Shown in pieces: positions 49,450 through 63,145 of a DNA stretch of 64,000 nucleotides (position 1 is its first letter; each line of letters begins with the position of its first letter). The notes under the pieces were generated by a model. It did not search any database. It was not told the DNA's origin and saw only the letters and a list, made by a program, of their open reading frames with translations. Source of the stretch: Dendrobates tinctorius (lineage: Eukaryota). Made by a program: the position numbers and the translations under genes. The DNA lies in contig NW_027361731.1 in the NCBI RefSeq assembly GCF_039654945.1, positions 22,134,001 to 22,198,000 on the forward strand, written 5' to 3'.

Positions 49450-52400
49450 ATGGCTACGGACAAGATGGAGAGGATATTACACCTCACCCTAGAGATCCTC
49501 TTCCGGCTTACTGGAGAGGTGAGAGATCCTGATGACGTCACATTACATCATTCTTATCTATGGGAATAACAGATGGACAGAACTGGAGAGGTGAGGACTC
49601 TGGAAATGTCTGTAGTGAGATTTATTAATGTGTCTCTCCATAACCAGGATTACACAGTAGTGAAGAAGACCTCTAGTGAGCGCTGTCAGGACCCTGTGTC
49701 TGAGGGATGGGGAAGACCCCTGAGCCCAATCACGGGGCCTCCACCTCACCCCCTGATACGTGAGGACATCAATCACCAGAAGATCCTAGAACTCACCTAT
49801 AAGATGATTGAGCTGCTGACTGGAGAGGTGACACTGCTGGGAATGCTGGGACATTATACAGTAACACAATGAAGGGATCGGGGGGATGACAGTATCATTG
49901 TATGTGTCAGGTTCCTATAAGGTGTCAGGATGTCGCCGTCTATTTCTCCATGGAGGAGTGGGAGTATTTAGAAGGACACAAAGATGTGTACAAAGACGTC
50001 ATGATGGAGGTTCCCCAGCCCCTCACATCACCAGGTAATAGACAGGACTAAATACACACGGCCTATAATTATCTGTATGTAAAGAATGAATTCAGTCCCT
50101 GTATGTGTTTCCTCCAGATCTATCCAGTAAGAGGACAACACCAGAGAGATGTCCCCGTCCTCTTCTTCCACAGGACTGTAACCAAGAAGATCCCAGTGTT
50201 CCTCAGGATCATCAGGTAGATGGAGAGAAGGTGTCAGGAGATCTCCCCTATGATGTGTAGACGGCTGTGAAGGTCTTGTGCTCCGTCTTGTTTTATCCAC
50301 CAGTATTATATGTTTTATACTTGTGTAATGAGAGCGGTGGAGATGGCAGGATTAGAGCTGATCATAGATGGGACTTCTCCATCTGTCGGTGACTTTTGCA
50401 ATATTTGTTTCAGGGTGAAGATCTGACCCATATTAATACTACAGAGACATATGTGAGGGGTGATGAGCGGTGTAAAGAGGAGATTCCTACATATGACTAC
50501 CCAGGTGAGTAGTGACCACTAAATGCAGAGAAGTCACAGATTCTACTGTAATTACACACGTGGTCAAAATTGTTGGTTCCCCTCGTTTAATGATAGAAAA
50601 GCCACAATGGTCACAGAAATAACTTAAATCTGACAAAAGTAATAATTAAAAATCTATGAAAATGAACAAATGAAAGTCAGACATTCCTTTTCAACCATGT
50701 TTCCACAGAATTTAAAGAAAAATAAAATGGTCCCCCAGCCTGGTATATTCTCCCCCATCCTATTATATGCTCCCCCATCCTGCATGTGCCGCTGTTGTTC
50801 TATACAAACAAGCTAACAAAAAAAGCAATAAACAATAAAACTTTCCCCCGCTCCCCTGCTACGCGTTGTCTGCATTAAATATTTAAATAAAATGGCGTCA
50901 AAGTCAGCGCATGGTCATACCGTGCTATCCGGCGCCATTTTTTTAAGACACTGTGTGTGAATTTGTCTTCAATAAAATAGTGCCGGAGGATCGCGCCATG
51001 TACAGGGGCTGACTCCGGCCCAACACTCCTTTTCCAGCCTCACCGGAGCTCACAGTAAGTCCTCACGTATTTTGTCAGAGCCTATAGCAATCTCCAGCAC
51101 CCCACTCCTCCTCCATCCTCGTCGTCCTCCCTGTCACCTCTATTAACGTTGGATGCGTCCTTCTGACTATGGCCACACTGTGCAAGCTCAGTCTATACCG
51201 GCTTCAGACAGAAGGATGCATCCAGCACTACATTATAGATACAGTCATGGCCGAAAGCAAATTTTGGCAAAGTGCCAACAATTTTGTCTGGCCCAGAGAT
51301 GTGTGTCTGTGTTTCATACGTGTGGCAGCCATGTGCCGCAACAGTATCACACGTACCGGCGCCTGTGAATCAGCAGTACTGTTTGTGCTGATCCCCAGTG
51401 CCAGGTGTTGTAGACAGCTCACATCATTGTCCTCTGCTCTGCCTGCAATCAGCGGGAGCAGGGGACAATGTTGAGAGTTGTATTCAAAGTCCGCTGTCTA
51501 CATAGAGTAAAATTAAGAATAAAATAAAAAATCACATTATAGTCACATTCAGGGCTCATACTCATCTGCGAGGAAAATGGACGAGTGCAATCTGATAAAA
51601 AATCAGACCGCACTCTGATCAGTGTTATTCTATGAGCATGCTGCGACTGTCCTTGTATTTCTGACGAGACTCGCCATTGCAAATAAATGGCTGAGAGAAA
51701 AAATCAAACGGCACTTGGACCATATGGGTGGTGTCTGAATTTTACACACCCATGTCCTTTGAAAAAGCCGGTAATTCATCTGCCTCATACAGTAAAATCA
51801 CAGCGTGACCCAGCAGAATAGATAGATATACAGATGTCAGTCACATACAGAATTAGAACAGTGTGTGCAGCTTACTCTACATGTATTTTATTACTTACTA
51901 ATTTATTTTCTGAAAAAAAAAAAAAATGGAGTGGTGTACACCAACAATTAATTAACCAGCAGAGAGAAAGCGGACAGCTGGGGGCAGATGTTTATACCCT
52001 AGGAAAGGGGTAATGCACATGGAACTTCCCAGGATATTAATGTCAGTTCACATCTGTATACTTAGCCTTTCCTGGTTATTAAAATGTGAGTCCCCTCAAA
52101 AATGACTTAAAGTCCCCCAATAATTAAAAACCAGCAAAGGCTTGGCAGACAGTTGCAGGCAATATCTCCTGTAACAAAATTAAAATAATAAACAACAAAA
52201 TTCCTCACCTGTCTGCCGAGAAGATAATAATCCACTTGTCCCATGAAGGGTTTAGCTGTGCTACATCTAAATGGCAGGCTGCCATCCAGCAGAGACACTG
52301 AGCTGTGTGTGCTTGCTCAGCTCAGTGTTTCTCGGTGAACTCTCTTCACCTCATTGATATCACCACAAGCCTGAGAACTTTCTCGCGCTCGCTGTGACGT

Positions 52401-55400
52401 CAGTGAAGTGAAAGGAGTTCACTGTGAGACACTGAGCTGAGCAAGCACATGCAGCTCAGTTTCTCTGCTGGATGGCATGCTGTAAGGTCGCATCCTGCAA
52501 CAATGCAGTCTGGTTGAGGCAGAGGAAGATGCCACATGGCATAAATTGATTATTATCTTAGTGGACAGGTGAGGAATATGGCTGTTTATTATTTTAATTC
52601 TGTTACAGGGGACACTGGCTTCAGCGGACTGGGCAATGAGGTGTGTATGGTTTTATTTTGGTTTGTTAAAGGAGTCTGTGTCATTCTTTCAATTAAAGGA
52701 CTTAATTCTTGGTCTGTTTTTACAAATACAAAGGCATTTTTTATATACAATTTGACTATGGGGTTAGTAATGGGGACATCTTATAGACATCTCTCCATTA
52801 CTAACCTCTGGGCTTGATGTCACCTGACAATGCAAAGGTGTCATCAACCCCCACAACCATCAACCCACTTGCCTCCGCACCAGGGCAAGTGAGAAGATCT
52901 AGATTAAGTACCAGATTTGGCGCATCCTGTGGATGAGCATTTTCTGGGGTGGCTGAGAGCTGATGTTTTAAGTCCAGGATGGAGCCAATAGACATGGCCC
53001 CTTCCCAGGCTAATAATATCAGCCCACAGCTGTCTGCCTAGCCTTTGCTGGTTATTAATTACAGGGCGACCCTACGTCATTTTTGGGTGGCCCCCATTAT
53101 AATAACCAGTAAAGGTCAAGTATTCAACTGAGAGCTGATATTTATAGCCTGGCAAGCTTCATGGGCATTACCCCTTTCCCAGGCTATAAACATCAGCCCA
53201 CAGCCATCTGCTTTACCTCTGCTGGTTATGAAAATTAAACCCATGCAATTAGTACACACTGTACTAATTATGTGTGACTGACCTCTTTATATCTATCTGT
53301 TCTATTCTGTCGCATCACACGGTGAATCTACTGTACGCGGCAGATGAACTACCAGCTTTACATCAAATACAGTGGGGAAAAAAGGATTTAGTTGAAAGAA
53401 TGGAATTACCAGTGCCGTAATCCATCTGTGCGACATTTGTTCATAATAATAATCTTTATTTATATAGTGCCAACATATTCCACAGCACTTTACAATTCAA
53501 CAGTTCATATACAACAGTCATAACAAAGTTAACGATAATACAATAATTAATGCAAAGATATTGATGACCCTGCCCATAAGAGCTTACAAGCTACAATGTG
53601 GTGGGAGTGACACAAAGTACAGGGGCTTATTTACTATAATGGTTCAATCATCTTGAGGAATTGGGGGTGGATAAAGGTCACCAGCCAATATTTGTAGTTC
53701 TTTTGGGTGCGATGGAGTTTGATGCAGGGTTATGAGGCAACCACTCCTGCTGAAGAGCAGAGGAAAATGACTCCATGCAGTGAGAGCAGGCCTATGAACT
53801 GTGATGACCTCAGATCATTGCAGTTCAGCTTGAGAAATCCAGGTGCAATGAGTCATTCTACCAAGCTTTTTAATGTGAGTGGTCGCCTCAGGTAACCGCT
53901 GATGCTGATAAGCAAATGTCGCACAGATGGATTCCGGCGTGGGACACTTTGGATTCTTTCAATTTTGGACAGGTGAGGGATATTGTTGTTTTTTTATTTT
54001 TGTTTCTTTACAGGGGATAATGGCTTCACTGGATTAGGTGTCAAGGTGAGTATTGTTAGGAGCGGCGGAACACAACAAATAGAAATATAGCTAAGGTGAG
54101 TTCGCCGCTCGGGGTCCACCGTGCGGCAGATGGTAAAACCGCTGCTAGGAGGTGGCAGAGCTATAGGGTGGTAATGTGCACAGGGTTAGATATCACCCAG
54201 GTGCACTAAGCAACCTCTGTTGAACTCACAGAGAAGCTATACAAATAATAAATATGACAATGCTGAGCCTGTTAGCAACACAGGGGCTCAGCGGCACACA
54301 AGCGGTAATTAGTCAACGGAGTAGTTATATATAGCGGTACTACATCCGCAAAGACCTACCGTATATAATTGTGTGAACAGCGTTGCAACTGCAAACGCAA
54401 GAGTAAGTTGCTACTGCAGCGCGGCGTAGATGGAGCCTCAGAGACACCGCTAAAACGCAGGCACGATGTCAGACACTAAGCTGCTGTGCAATGGCGCGCT
54501 GGCGCTGATACTGGCTAACTCAAACACTCACACATTCGTAGTATCAAAGGAATGGGGGTTTCAAATGAGTCATTCACCAGAACATGCATCCATCAACAAA
54601 CATACAGCAGCATGTATGACTATACTAGCGCATGGCGGAACAGCCATGTGCACTTTTTATAGCGAACGGGACCTTCCGGAAACCTCCAGGAGTCCAAGAA
54701 GAGCCAATAGGATCCAGAGCAGGACCTGAGCACCTGACTCCTGAACTCCAATAGGAGGTGGTCCCATGAACATGCTCAGATGATGGTATAAAGGACTTAG
54801 CCTCTGGAGAGAGTTGCTGTGAGATAATCTCCTCTGCAATCCCTTCTGCAGTAGCAGATGAACAAGAGACTGCAGCATGTGAGAATCTAGGTTTCTGCAT
54901 AGACGTGGTAGAAACCAGATTCCTAACATTACCCCCCTCCTAGGGCCCCCTCCTCCCTGAGCTTTCCGATCCATCACCCTGCGCCCAGCGGTGGCATAGG
55001 GCTCAAACTCGTCCAAAGGCGAGCTTGGTGTCCTGGTAGGTGACATGGTAACCCGGGACACGTGGAAGGCATCAGCGGAGGCAAGGTTGCCAGGTTTCAG
55101 GAGGGAAACTTGGGAGATGGCAGGAGTGGGAGTTGCAGTGGAACGCCGCAGTGTGTCGATGGACGTCGCCACACCCCGCCTAGAGAGGCTATGCCGAGCA
55201 CATGAGGTGCATGCCTGAATGAACCTCTTAACATCCCGGGCCCTGTGAGGCCACCAATAAGCTCCAGCCAACAACGTCGAAGTTTGCATATAGCCACGAT
55301 GGTTGTGCGTATTGGACACGTGTGCCCACGCGAGGATTTTAGGCCTCAGATGAGGAGGGACAAAAGTCTCGTCGACCGGCTCGGAATCCAACCATTGCGG

Positions 55401-58400
55401 GGCGCTGACTTCCTGAGAAGCAGTGTGCACACGATGACAATCGCAAATGGACTCCCGAGCCGGGGGTGTATCAAAACTGGCACTAGACACCTCCATGGGC
55501 TCCGGGGGTAGGACCTCTGGTTCAGGCAACTCCAGAGGCACAAAAAATTCGGGAGCCGGAGTACCTCTCTGTTTGGAGTGAGCACGCTCCAAACCACGCT
55601 CTGAGAAACGGAGGTCAATGCACGAGGAGATAGTTATTAACTCCTCCAGGCTGGTAGGGATCTCTCTCGTAGAGAGAGCATCCTTGACGTGCTCCGCTAA
55701 TCCTCTCCAAAATACTGGGATGAGGGCCTTATCAGACCACTCCAACTTGGACGCCAGTGTCTGAAAACGGACGGCATACTGGCTGACCGAGAGGGATCAC
55801 TGGGACAGAGAGAGAAGTTGTAGAGAGGTGTCGTGTGTGACCCATGGACCGAGAAACACCTGCCTGATAGCAGTTAGCAGGTGGGCTGCGGACCGACTAT
55901 CCGGATCACCACGCTCCCATAAAGGCGTAGCCCATTCCAGAACCTTGCCCAACAGTAGGGATCTAATAAATGCCACCTTTGCCTGTTCCGTAGGAAATTG
56001 CGCAGCCAGCAGCTCCAGGTGAATTGAGCACTGGCTGATAACGCCCCTACAGGAGGCGCCATCCCCGGAAAACTTATCGGGCAACGGGAGGCGGGTAACT
56101 GTCGGCGCAAGGGTGGACACGGACATACGCACTACCGCATCCGTTAGAGCCTGGACAGCAGCATCAGTGGCTTGTGCAGCGGAGAGAGCCTTCTCCAGAG
56201 TAACCAACCGGTTCTCAAGCTGCCGTATGCACTGCATCAGTTGCTGCTGATCTGCCATCTCTAGCCAGACCCTGGCGCTAGTATAATGTTAGGAGCGGCG
56301 GAACGCACCAAATAAAAATATAACTAAGGTGCGTTCGCCGCTCGGGGTCCACCGTGCGGCAGATGGTAAAACCGCTGCTAGGAGATGGCAGAGCTATAAG
56401 GCGGTAATGTGCACAAGGTTAGATATCACCCAGGTGCACTAAGCAACCTCTGTTCAACTCACAGAGAAGCTATACAAATAATAAATATGACAATGCTGAG
56501 CCTGTTAGCAACACAGGGGCTCAGCTGCACACAAACAGTAATTAGTCTACTGAGTAGTTATATATAACGGCACTACATCCGCAAATACCTACCGTACATA
56601 CTTGTGTGAACAGCGTTGCAACTGCAAACGCAAGAGTAAGCTGCTACTGCAGCGCGGCGTAGATGGAGCCGCAGAGACACCGCTAAAACGCAGGCGAGAT
56701 GTCAGACGCTAAGCTGCTGTGCAATGGTGCACTGGCGCTGATACTGGCTAACTCAAACACTCACACATTCGTAGTATCAAAGGAATCGGGGTTTCAAATG
56801 AGTCATTCACCAGAACATGCATCCATCAACAAACATACAGCAGCAAGCATGACTATACTAGCGCATGGCGGAACAGCCATGCGCACTTTTTTTAGCGAAC
56901 GGGACCTTCCGGAAACCTCCAGAAGTCCAAGAAGAGCCAATAGGATCCGGAGCAGGACCTGAGCACCTGAACTCCAATAGGAGGTCGTCCCATGGTCAGA
57001 TGATGGTATAAAGGACTTAGCCTCTGGAGAGAGTTGCTGTGAGACAATCTCCTCTGCAATCCCTTCTGCAGTAGCAGATGAACAAGAGACTGCAGCATGT
57101 GAGAATCTAGGTTTCTGCATAGATGTAGCAGAAACCAGATTCCTAACAAGTATAATGTGATTTTTTTTTCATTTTTATTTTTTTAATTTTATAGACAGCG
57201 GGGGCTTAATACAACGCTCAATATTGTCCCCTGCTTGGGCTGATCACAGGCAGAGCAGGGTACAATGATGTGAGCTGTTTTTAACACCTGGAGCTGGGGA
57301 TCAGCACGAACAGTACCGCCGATTCCCAGGTGCTGGTACGTGTCACTGATGACACACGGATGTCATCCATGTGTCATTAGTGTGCAAGACTATTTGTGGC
57401 CCTTTCTGCTGCTAACAAACAGTCATGTCAGGGTGGCTTGCCCAAAGACACACGGTCCGTGGAAACACACTGACGTTTGCGCAGATCCATTCACTTTAAT
57501 GGGTCTAAATGTTTAAGTGTCTCCGGTACGTAAGAAAACTGTCACCACACGTACTGGACACTGGCGTGTAAAGGAGGCCTTTAGGGGGTACTCTCATTTC
57601 CAAGATCCTATCCCAAAATATAGTTGGTGCAATAATAGCAAATACCTCAAATTGGAAATGTGGTATAGTTTCCTGATTCTCTGTCGCTTACCCCATGTCC
57701 AGGGCATTGCAGTAGCTTAGGTATCCATCGTTATAACCACTAGCAACTAACCGTCACTATATCAGTGGTAGCAACCATGGATACCTAAGCTTGTGCAATG
57801 CTCTGCACATTGGGTGAGCAACACAGCGAGTCAGAAGAACTATACTACATATTCCCTAATATTATTATTACACCTTCTACATATTGGGATAGTTGACCAG
57901 AGATGGGAATACTCCTTTAAGAATCTTACATGTTTTTATGGTGTATATTTTCATCTGTTGCTATAGATTGTAATATAATAAAGCTTATTTTTAATCCTCC
58001 CTTTATTGCTTCAAACTTTTCTGCGTTTGTGTATTATGTTTGTCGATTGTACTTTAGAGGTTCAGTACCATGGGATTTGTGAATAGGTGCCTCACCACTG
58101 TCTTAGGTCATAGTTTCATTATACTTTGAGTTGTATAGAATTATGTATATAGAAATTATATAAAATATAAGGCATTGATATTGAAAAATAATAAAATCAG
58201 TTTCATTCTTGGCAGGTGACTGTGGTGTCAAACCAGATACCTATGAAAAGCATGTCATTATTCCAGCTATACCTCCAGCCCTTCAGAGCAAAAATCAATC
58301 CTCGGAGCCTTTGGATTCATCACCGACTGTTAAGCAAAATGAAAGCGGCAAAAGTGATGTTGAGCATCAAATAATTCCCACAAAGAAGAAAGCATTTTCC

Positions 58401-60077
58401 TGTTCAGAATGTGGGAAATATTTTAAACATAAATCTCTATTGCTTAGACATGAGAGAAGTCACAAAGGAGAAAAGTCATTTTCCTGTTCAGAATGTGGGA
58501 AATATTTTAAACATAAATCTCTATTGCTTAGACATGAGAGAAGTCACAAAGGAGAAAAGTCATTTTCCTGTTCAGAATGTGGGAAATATTTTAAACATAA
58601 ATCTCTATTGCTTAGACATGAGAGAAGTCACAAAGGAGAAAAGTCATTTTCATGTTCAGAATGTGGGAAATGTTTTAAACATAAATCTATATTGCTTAGA
58701 CATGAGAGAATTCACACAGGAGAGAAGCCATTTTCATGTTCAGAATGTGGGAAATGTTTCAACCAAAAAGCAAATTTTCTTACGCATCAGCGAAGTCACA
58801 CAGGAGAGAAGCCATATCCATGTCCAGAATGTGGGAAATGTTATATTCATAAATCAAGTCTTCTCAATCATCAGAGAATTCACACAGGAGAGAAGCCATA
58901 TTCATGTCCTGAATGTGGGAAATGTTTTACAAGGAAATCATGTCTTGTCACACATCAGAGAACTCACACAGGAGAAAAACCATTATCATGTTTAGAATGT
59001 GGGAAATGTTTTAACGAGAAATCAAAATTGCTTATACATTACAGAAGTCACACAGGGGAGAAGCCATATTCATGTCCAGAATGTGGGAAATGTTTTACAA
59101 AGAAATCATGTCTTGTCACACATCAGAGAACTCACACAGGAGAAAAGCCATTATCATGTTTAGAATGTGGGAAATGTTTTAACGAGAAGTCAAAATTGCT
59201 TAGACATTACAGAAGTCACACAGGGGAGAAGCGTTTTTCATGTTCAGAATGTGGGAAAGGTTTTAACGAGAAGTCAAAATTGCTTAGACATTACAGAATT
59301 CACACAGGTGAGAAGCCTTTTTCATGTTCAGAATGTGGGAAAGGTTTTAGCCAGACATCAGATCTTGTTAAACATCAAAGAATCCACACAGGAGAGAAGC
59401 CCTATAAATGTCCAGAATGTGGGAAAAGTTTTATGCAGGGACAAAGTCTTCTTAGACATCAAGGAATTCACACAGGAGTGAAGCCATATTCATGTCCAGA
59501 ATGTGGGAAATGTTTCATCCAGAAAGCACATTTCCTTATTCATCAGCGAAGTCACACAGGAGAGAAGCCATATTTATGTCCAGAATGTGGGAAATGTTTT
59601 ACCCGGGGACAAGAGCTTATTACACATCAAAGAATTCACGCAGGAGAGAAGCCATACTCATGTCCAGAATGTGCGAAACGTTTTACCCGGGAACAAGAGC
59701 TTATTACACATCAAAGAATTCACACAGGAGAGAAGCCATATTCATGTCCAGAATGTGCGAAACGTTTTATCCAGAGATCAGATCTTCTTAAGCATCAAAG
59801 AATTCACACAGGAGAGAAGCCTTATTCATGTTCAGAATGTGGAAAATGTTTCAACCAGAAATCACATTTCCTTATTCATCATCGAATTCACACCGGGGAA
59901 AAGCCATATTCATGTCCAGAATGTGGGAAACGTTTTTTCAATAGATCAGATCTTCTTAAACATCAAATAATTCACACAGGGGAGAAGCCGTATTCATGTC
60001 CAGAATGTGGGAAATGTTTTAACCAGAAATCAAATCTTCTTAAACATCAAAGAAGTCACACAGGAGAGAAGCCATAA
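49450..60077 (+). CDS. KRAB-like C2H2 zinc-finger gene copy B (about 807 aa, 20 fingers; oocyte/gastrula zinc-finger type). Exons 49450-49518, 49648-49827, 49911-50034, 50118-50215, 50414-50504, 58216-60077
   Basis: GT-AG introns joining in frame. KRAB-A-like exon [23 protein letters not shown] 58209-60077 is 62 aa plus 20 x 28-aa C2H2 repeats, mostly with TGEKP linkers. A non-coding first exon was not identified. Confidence 0.93.
54054..57148 (-). mobile_element. Non-autonomous LTR mini-element 2 (Gag plus HHCC) in intron 5 of gene B
   Basis: TSD AGTAT (54049-54053, 57149-57153) with the empty site in copy A at 7123-7127. LTRs 54054-54928 and 56287-57148 (TGTTAGGA..TCCTAACA). Interior 1358 bp. 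Confidence 0.93.
54657..56258 (-). pseudogene. Gag-HHCC ORF of mini-element 2 with one nonsense codon
   Basis: ORFs 55797-56258 and 54657-55745 are in the same frame, separated by TGA (GGA in element 1). Colinear with the 576-aa ORF. Confidence 0.85.
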
Positions 60078-62960
60078 CCATGTCCAGAATGTGGGAAATG
60101 TTACAGTTCGAGTTCAAAACTTGTTGCACATCAGAGAACTCATACAGGGTAGAAACCATTTTTTATGTTCAGAATGTGGGAAATGTTATTCCTGGGAATC
60201 ATATCTTCATCATCTAAAATCTCATGTAGAGTGTGAAGGAAATTATAAGGTAAATCAATAAGACAGTAGTTACATTTTGTTGACAAAAGGAGTGAAACTG
60301 GATATACCAGTATTGTAAGCACAAAGGGGCTTTTGCTGGAGGTGTGTGTCAATCCTGGCACCTTAGCTCCTGGATTCTTAGCTTAGAGGGGGGATAACAA
60401 ATGGTCTGTACTAGAAGCAATATCTCCTTTTGTCTGTGTAGGAAGAGACAAGTATTTGAATGTGCGCAACTTGGCTCATCCCTCCATTCATAGATAGCAT
60501 CGTTTAACCCATTCCCGACTTGCACCGTATACATAAGGTGCTGCAGGAGTTGTGTTACCGCATATCACCATATAGATAGGGCACTGTGATCAGATCAGTG
60601 ATCTGTCATTATACAGTTGATGTCTCAACTGGGGACAATGACAAAGAGTAAAAATATTTTTTTTATCACAAAATAAAGAACCAAAAAAAGAAATTATTAA
60701 TCCAATAAATACATTTATTTTTGTTTAAATTAAAATAAAAAGTACACACATTTGGTATCGCCCCTTCTGGAACCACCTGACCTTTAAAACCGTCACACTG
60801 TCCGCTTCAGTGAACACCGTAAAACAAATGAAAAAAAAATCAAGGCAAAAAACTATGCTTTTTCTTCTTATTGCTGAACAAAAAGTGGAAAAATAAGTGA
60901 TAAAAACGCAATCTACATAAAAATTGTACAGCTGAAAACGTATTCTTGTCTTGCAAAAAAAAAGGCGCCATACGGGTCCGTCAGGAGAAAAATAAAAAAG
61001 TTATAGCTCTCATGATGATAAAGCGATTCTTTTTAGAATAAAATAGTTTCTGTGTAAAAGCATTAAAGCATAAAAGAATATAAATGAGGTATCGCTGTAA
61101 TCGTACTGACCCAAAGAATAAAACTGCCTTATCAATTTTACTTCATGCAGAGCTGCATAAAAAAACAAAAATATATGAATTCCTTTTTTTTTTGTTCATT
61201 CTGCCTCCCAAACATCGGAATATAAAGCGATCACAAAATGTCATGTGTCCGAAAATTATACCAGTAAGCATCAACTTGTCCTGCCAAAAAATAAGCCCTC
61301 TTATAACTCTGTCAGCAAAACTATGGAAAAATTATAGCTCTCAAAATATGGAGATGCAGTTTTTGCAGTTAAAAAGCGTTCTCTCCAGGAACACTCTACA
61401 GGATAGCTGCCAGATCATGGCTCCATCACGAGGGAAACAGATTTGACATTTTACAAGATGCCAGCTTAGGGGACCATGGCCCCAGCTGAAAGAATAAAAT
61501 CTGCTCCATTGACCATCACTGTACCATAGATATGTGAGGGTAGTCAGGATTTGGACCCACCGGTCACCAGAACCCCATGGATACATTTGGGAAAGCCAGA
61601 ATTGGCAGCCACCGATCACCTGGCTCCATGGAGATGTTCGGAGAAGCAAGGACGTGACCCTCTTGTCACCTGGGCTTGTGCCTCAATGGACTGTCAGCTT
61701 CCTAGGCTTGTTGCTACCTCCTCCTTTGCGTTACACAGGTGGGGTAGGCAGCCCTGGAAGCTCTGAAGTCACAGCTGCTCTTATCCTGGCGAGTCAGCGT
61801 AAGTGTGAAACTGTAATTTTACATCATCTTGAGTGTTTTGCTGGGCCTGTTCTATGTTATTTGCCTCTTTTGTGGTTCAATAAAATATTGCCACATTGTT
61901 TTACCTTCACCCTGTGTTGTCTTAGTAGTATTATGCCCACTCTCAAAGGAGATTGGGCGCTCGGTGGGATGATCCTTGGTCCATGCAGTTTTGGCTAGCT
62001 GACTAGATCACCCGCTGACCCCTGTGTCTCTACATCTGGTATCGCCGTACTTGCACTTACCCGAAGAAAAAAGTCAGTTAATCACTTATACTACATGATG
62101 AACAGCATAAAAAGAATAAAACCAATTCACATGCTATTGATTTGTTCTTTCTACCTCCCAAAGATCACAGTAAGGCTTGACTCATATTTATTCTGTGCTC
62201 TATGCTGAGCGCTTACACTGGGGTTTACTTGTAAATCTCTAAAATACGTGATTCAGGTAGAACCTCTGGTGGATGATTCCCTATAATGAGGCAGATGGAG
62301 TCACTCTGGATGCCATGTGGCTTCCTATGATCCGGCAGTGTCTTTCTTTTTAGTCGTACATAAAAGCGCAGTCAACCACAGTTTTGTGCACCTCTGAAAA
62401 GAAGGACATCTCCAAACGGAGTCCAGAGTAACTCTGCTGCTGCATTATAGTGAATAACTTGGAGATTTCATCTGAATCCTGTCTTTGTTTTAGATGTAAA
62501 GTGTAAGTGCTCAGTGCAGAGCGCTGGATAAATGTGATCCCAAATGTTATGGAAAATGTTCCCTCAAAACCTTCAAATCAAACCACAAAAAAGCAAGTCC
62601 CCACTCAGGTCCATCAACTATAAATGGAAATATAGGTGGCTTCCATGTTACTGGTAGCACAAAGGCTCTGGAAAAGTGCTTTGGCTCCTTGCCTTCCAAA
62701 AGAACGTCTGCAGATTGTGTGCTCCCAAATCCAAATGCCCCCTTCTTTCTGATCACCACAGTGTGTCTAAACCACATTTAGCATCCACATGTTTGGCATT
62801 TTTGTAGCGATGACAGCCCACCTGATTTACAGTTGTGTGTCTACAGAAGCATGAGCTGGGCACTACCAGATACTGGTGACTGCAACTTACGAGCACCACA
62901 ATGACAGTTTAAAATTTTCACTAAGCCACAGTTTTCAGGTCCCAGTACTAGTATCTTGCC

Positions 62961-63145
62961 TGCTGCACCCGCCAGTGCTTTCCTCAACGGCAGCCGAGCC
63001 AGCTGCACCCGCCAGTGCTCACCTCAGCGGCAGCCGAACCAGCTGCACCTGCCAGTATTCATCTCAATGGCAGCTGAGCCAGCTGCCCCCGCAAGTGCTC
63101 ACCTCAACAGCAGCTGAGCTAGCTGCACCCACCAGTGCTCATCTC
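62961..63145 (+). repeat. 40-bp tandem repeat, about 4.6 copies
   Basis: Units start at 62961, 63001, 63041, 63081 and 63121 (agctgcacccgccagtgctc...). Confidence 0.85.

Noticed and set aside
58411-60261. Overlapping alternative-frame ORFs ([14 protein letters not shown] repeats)
   Set aside because: Typical shadow frame of C2H2 arrays; no independent evidence.
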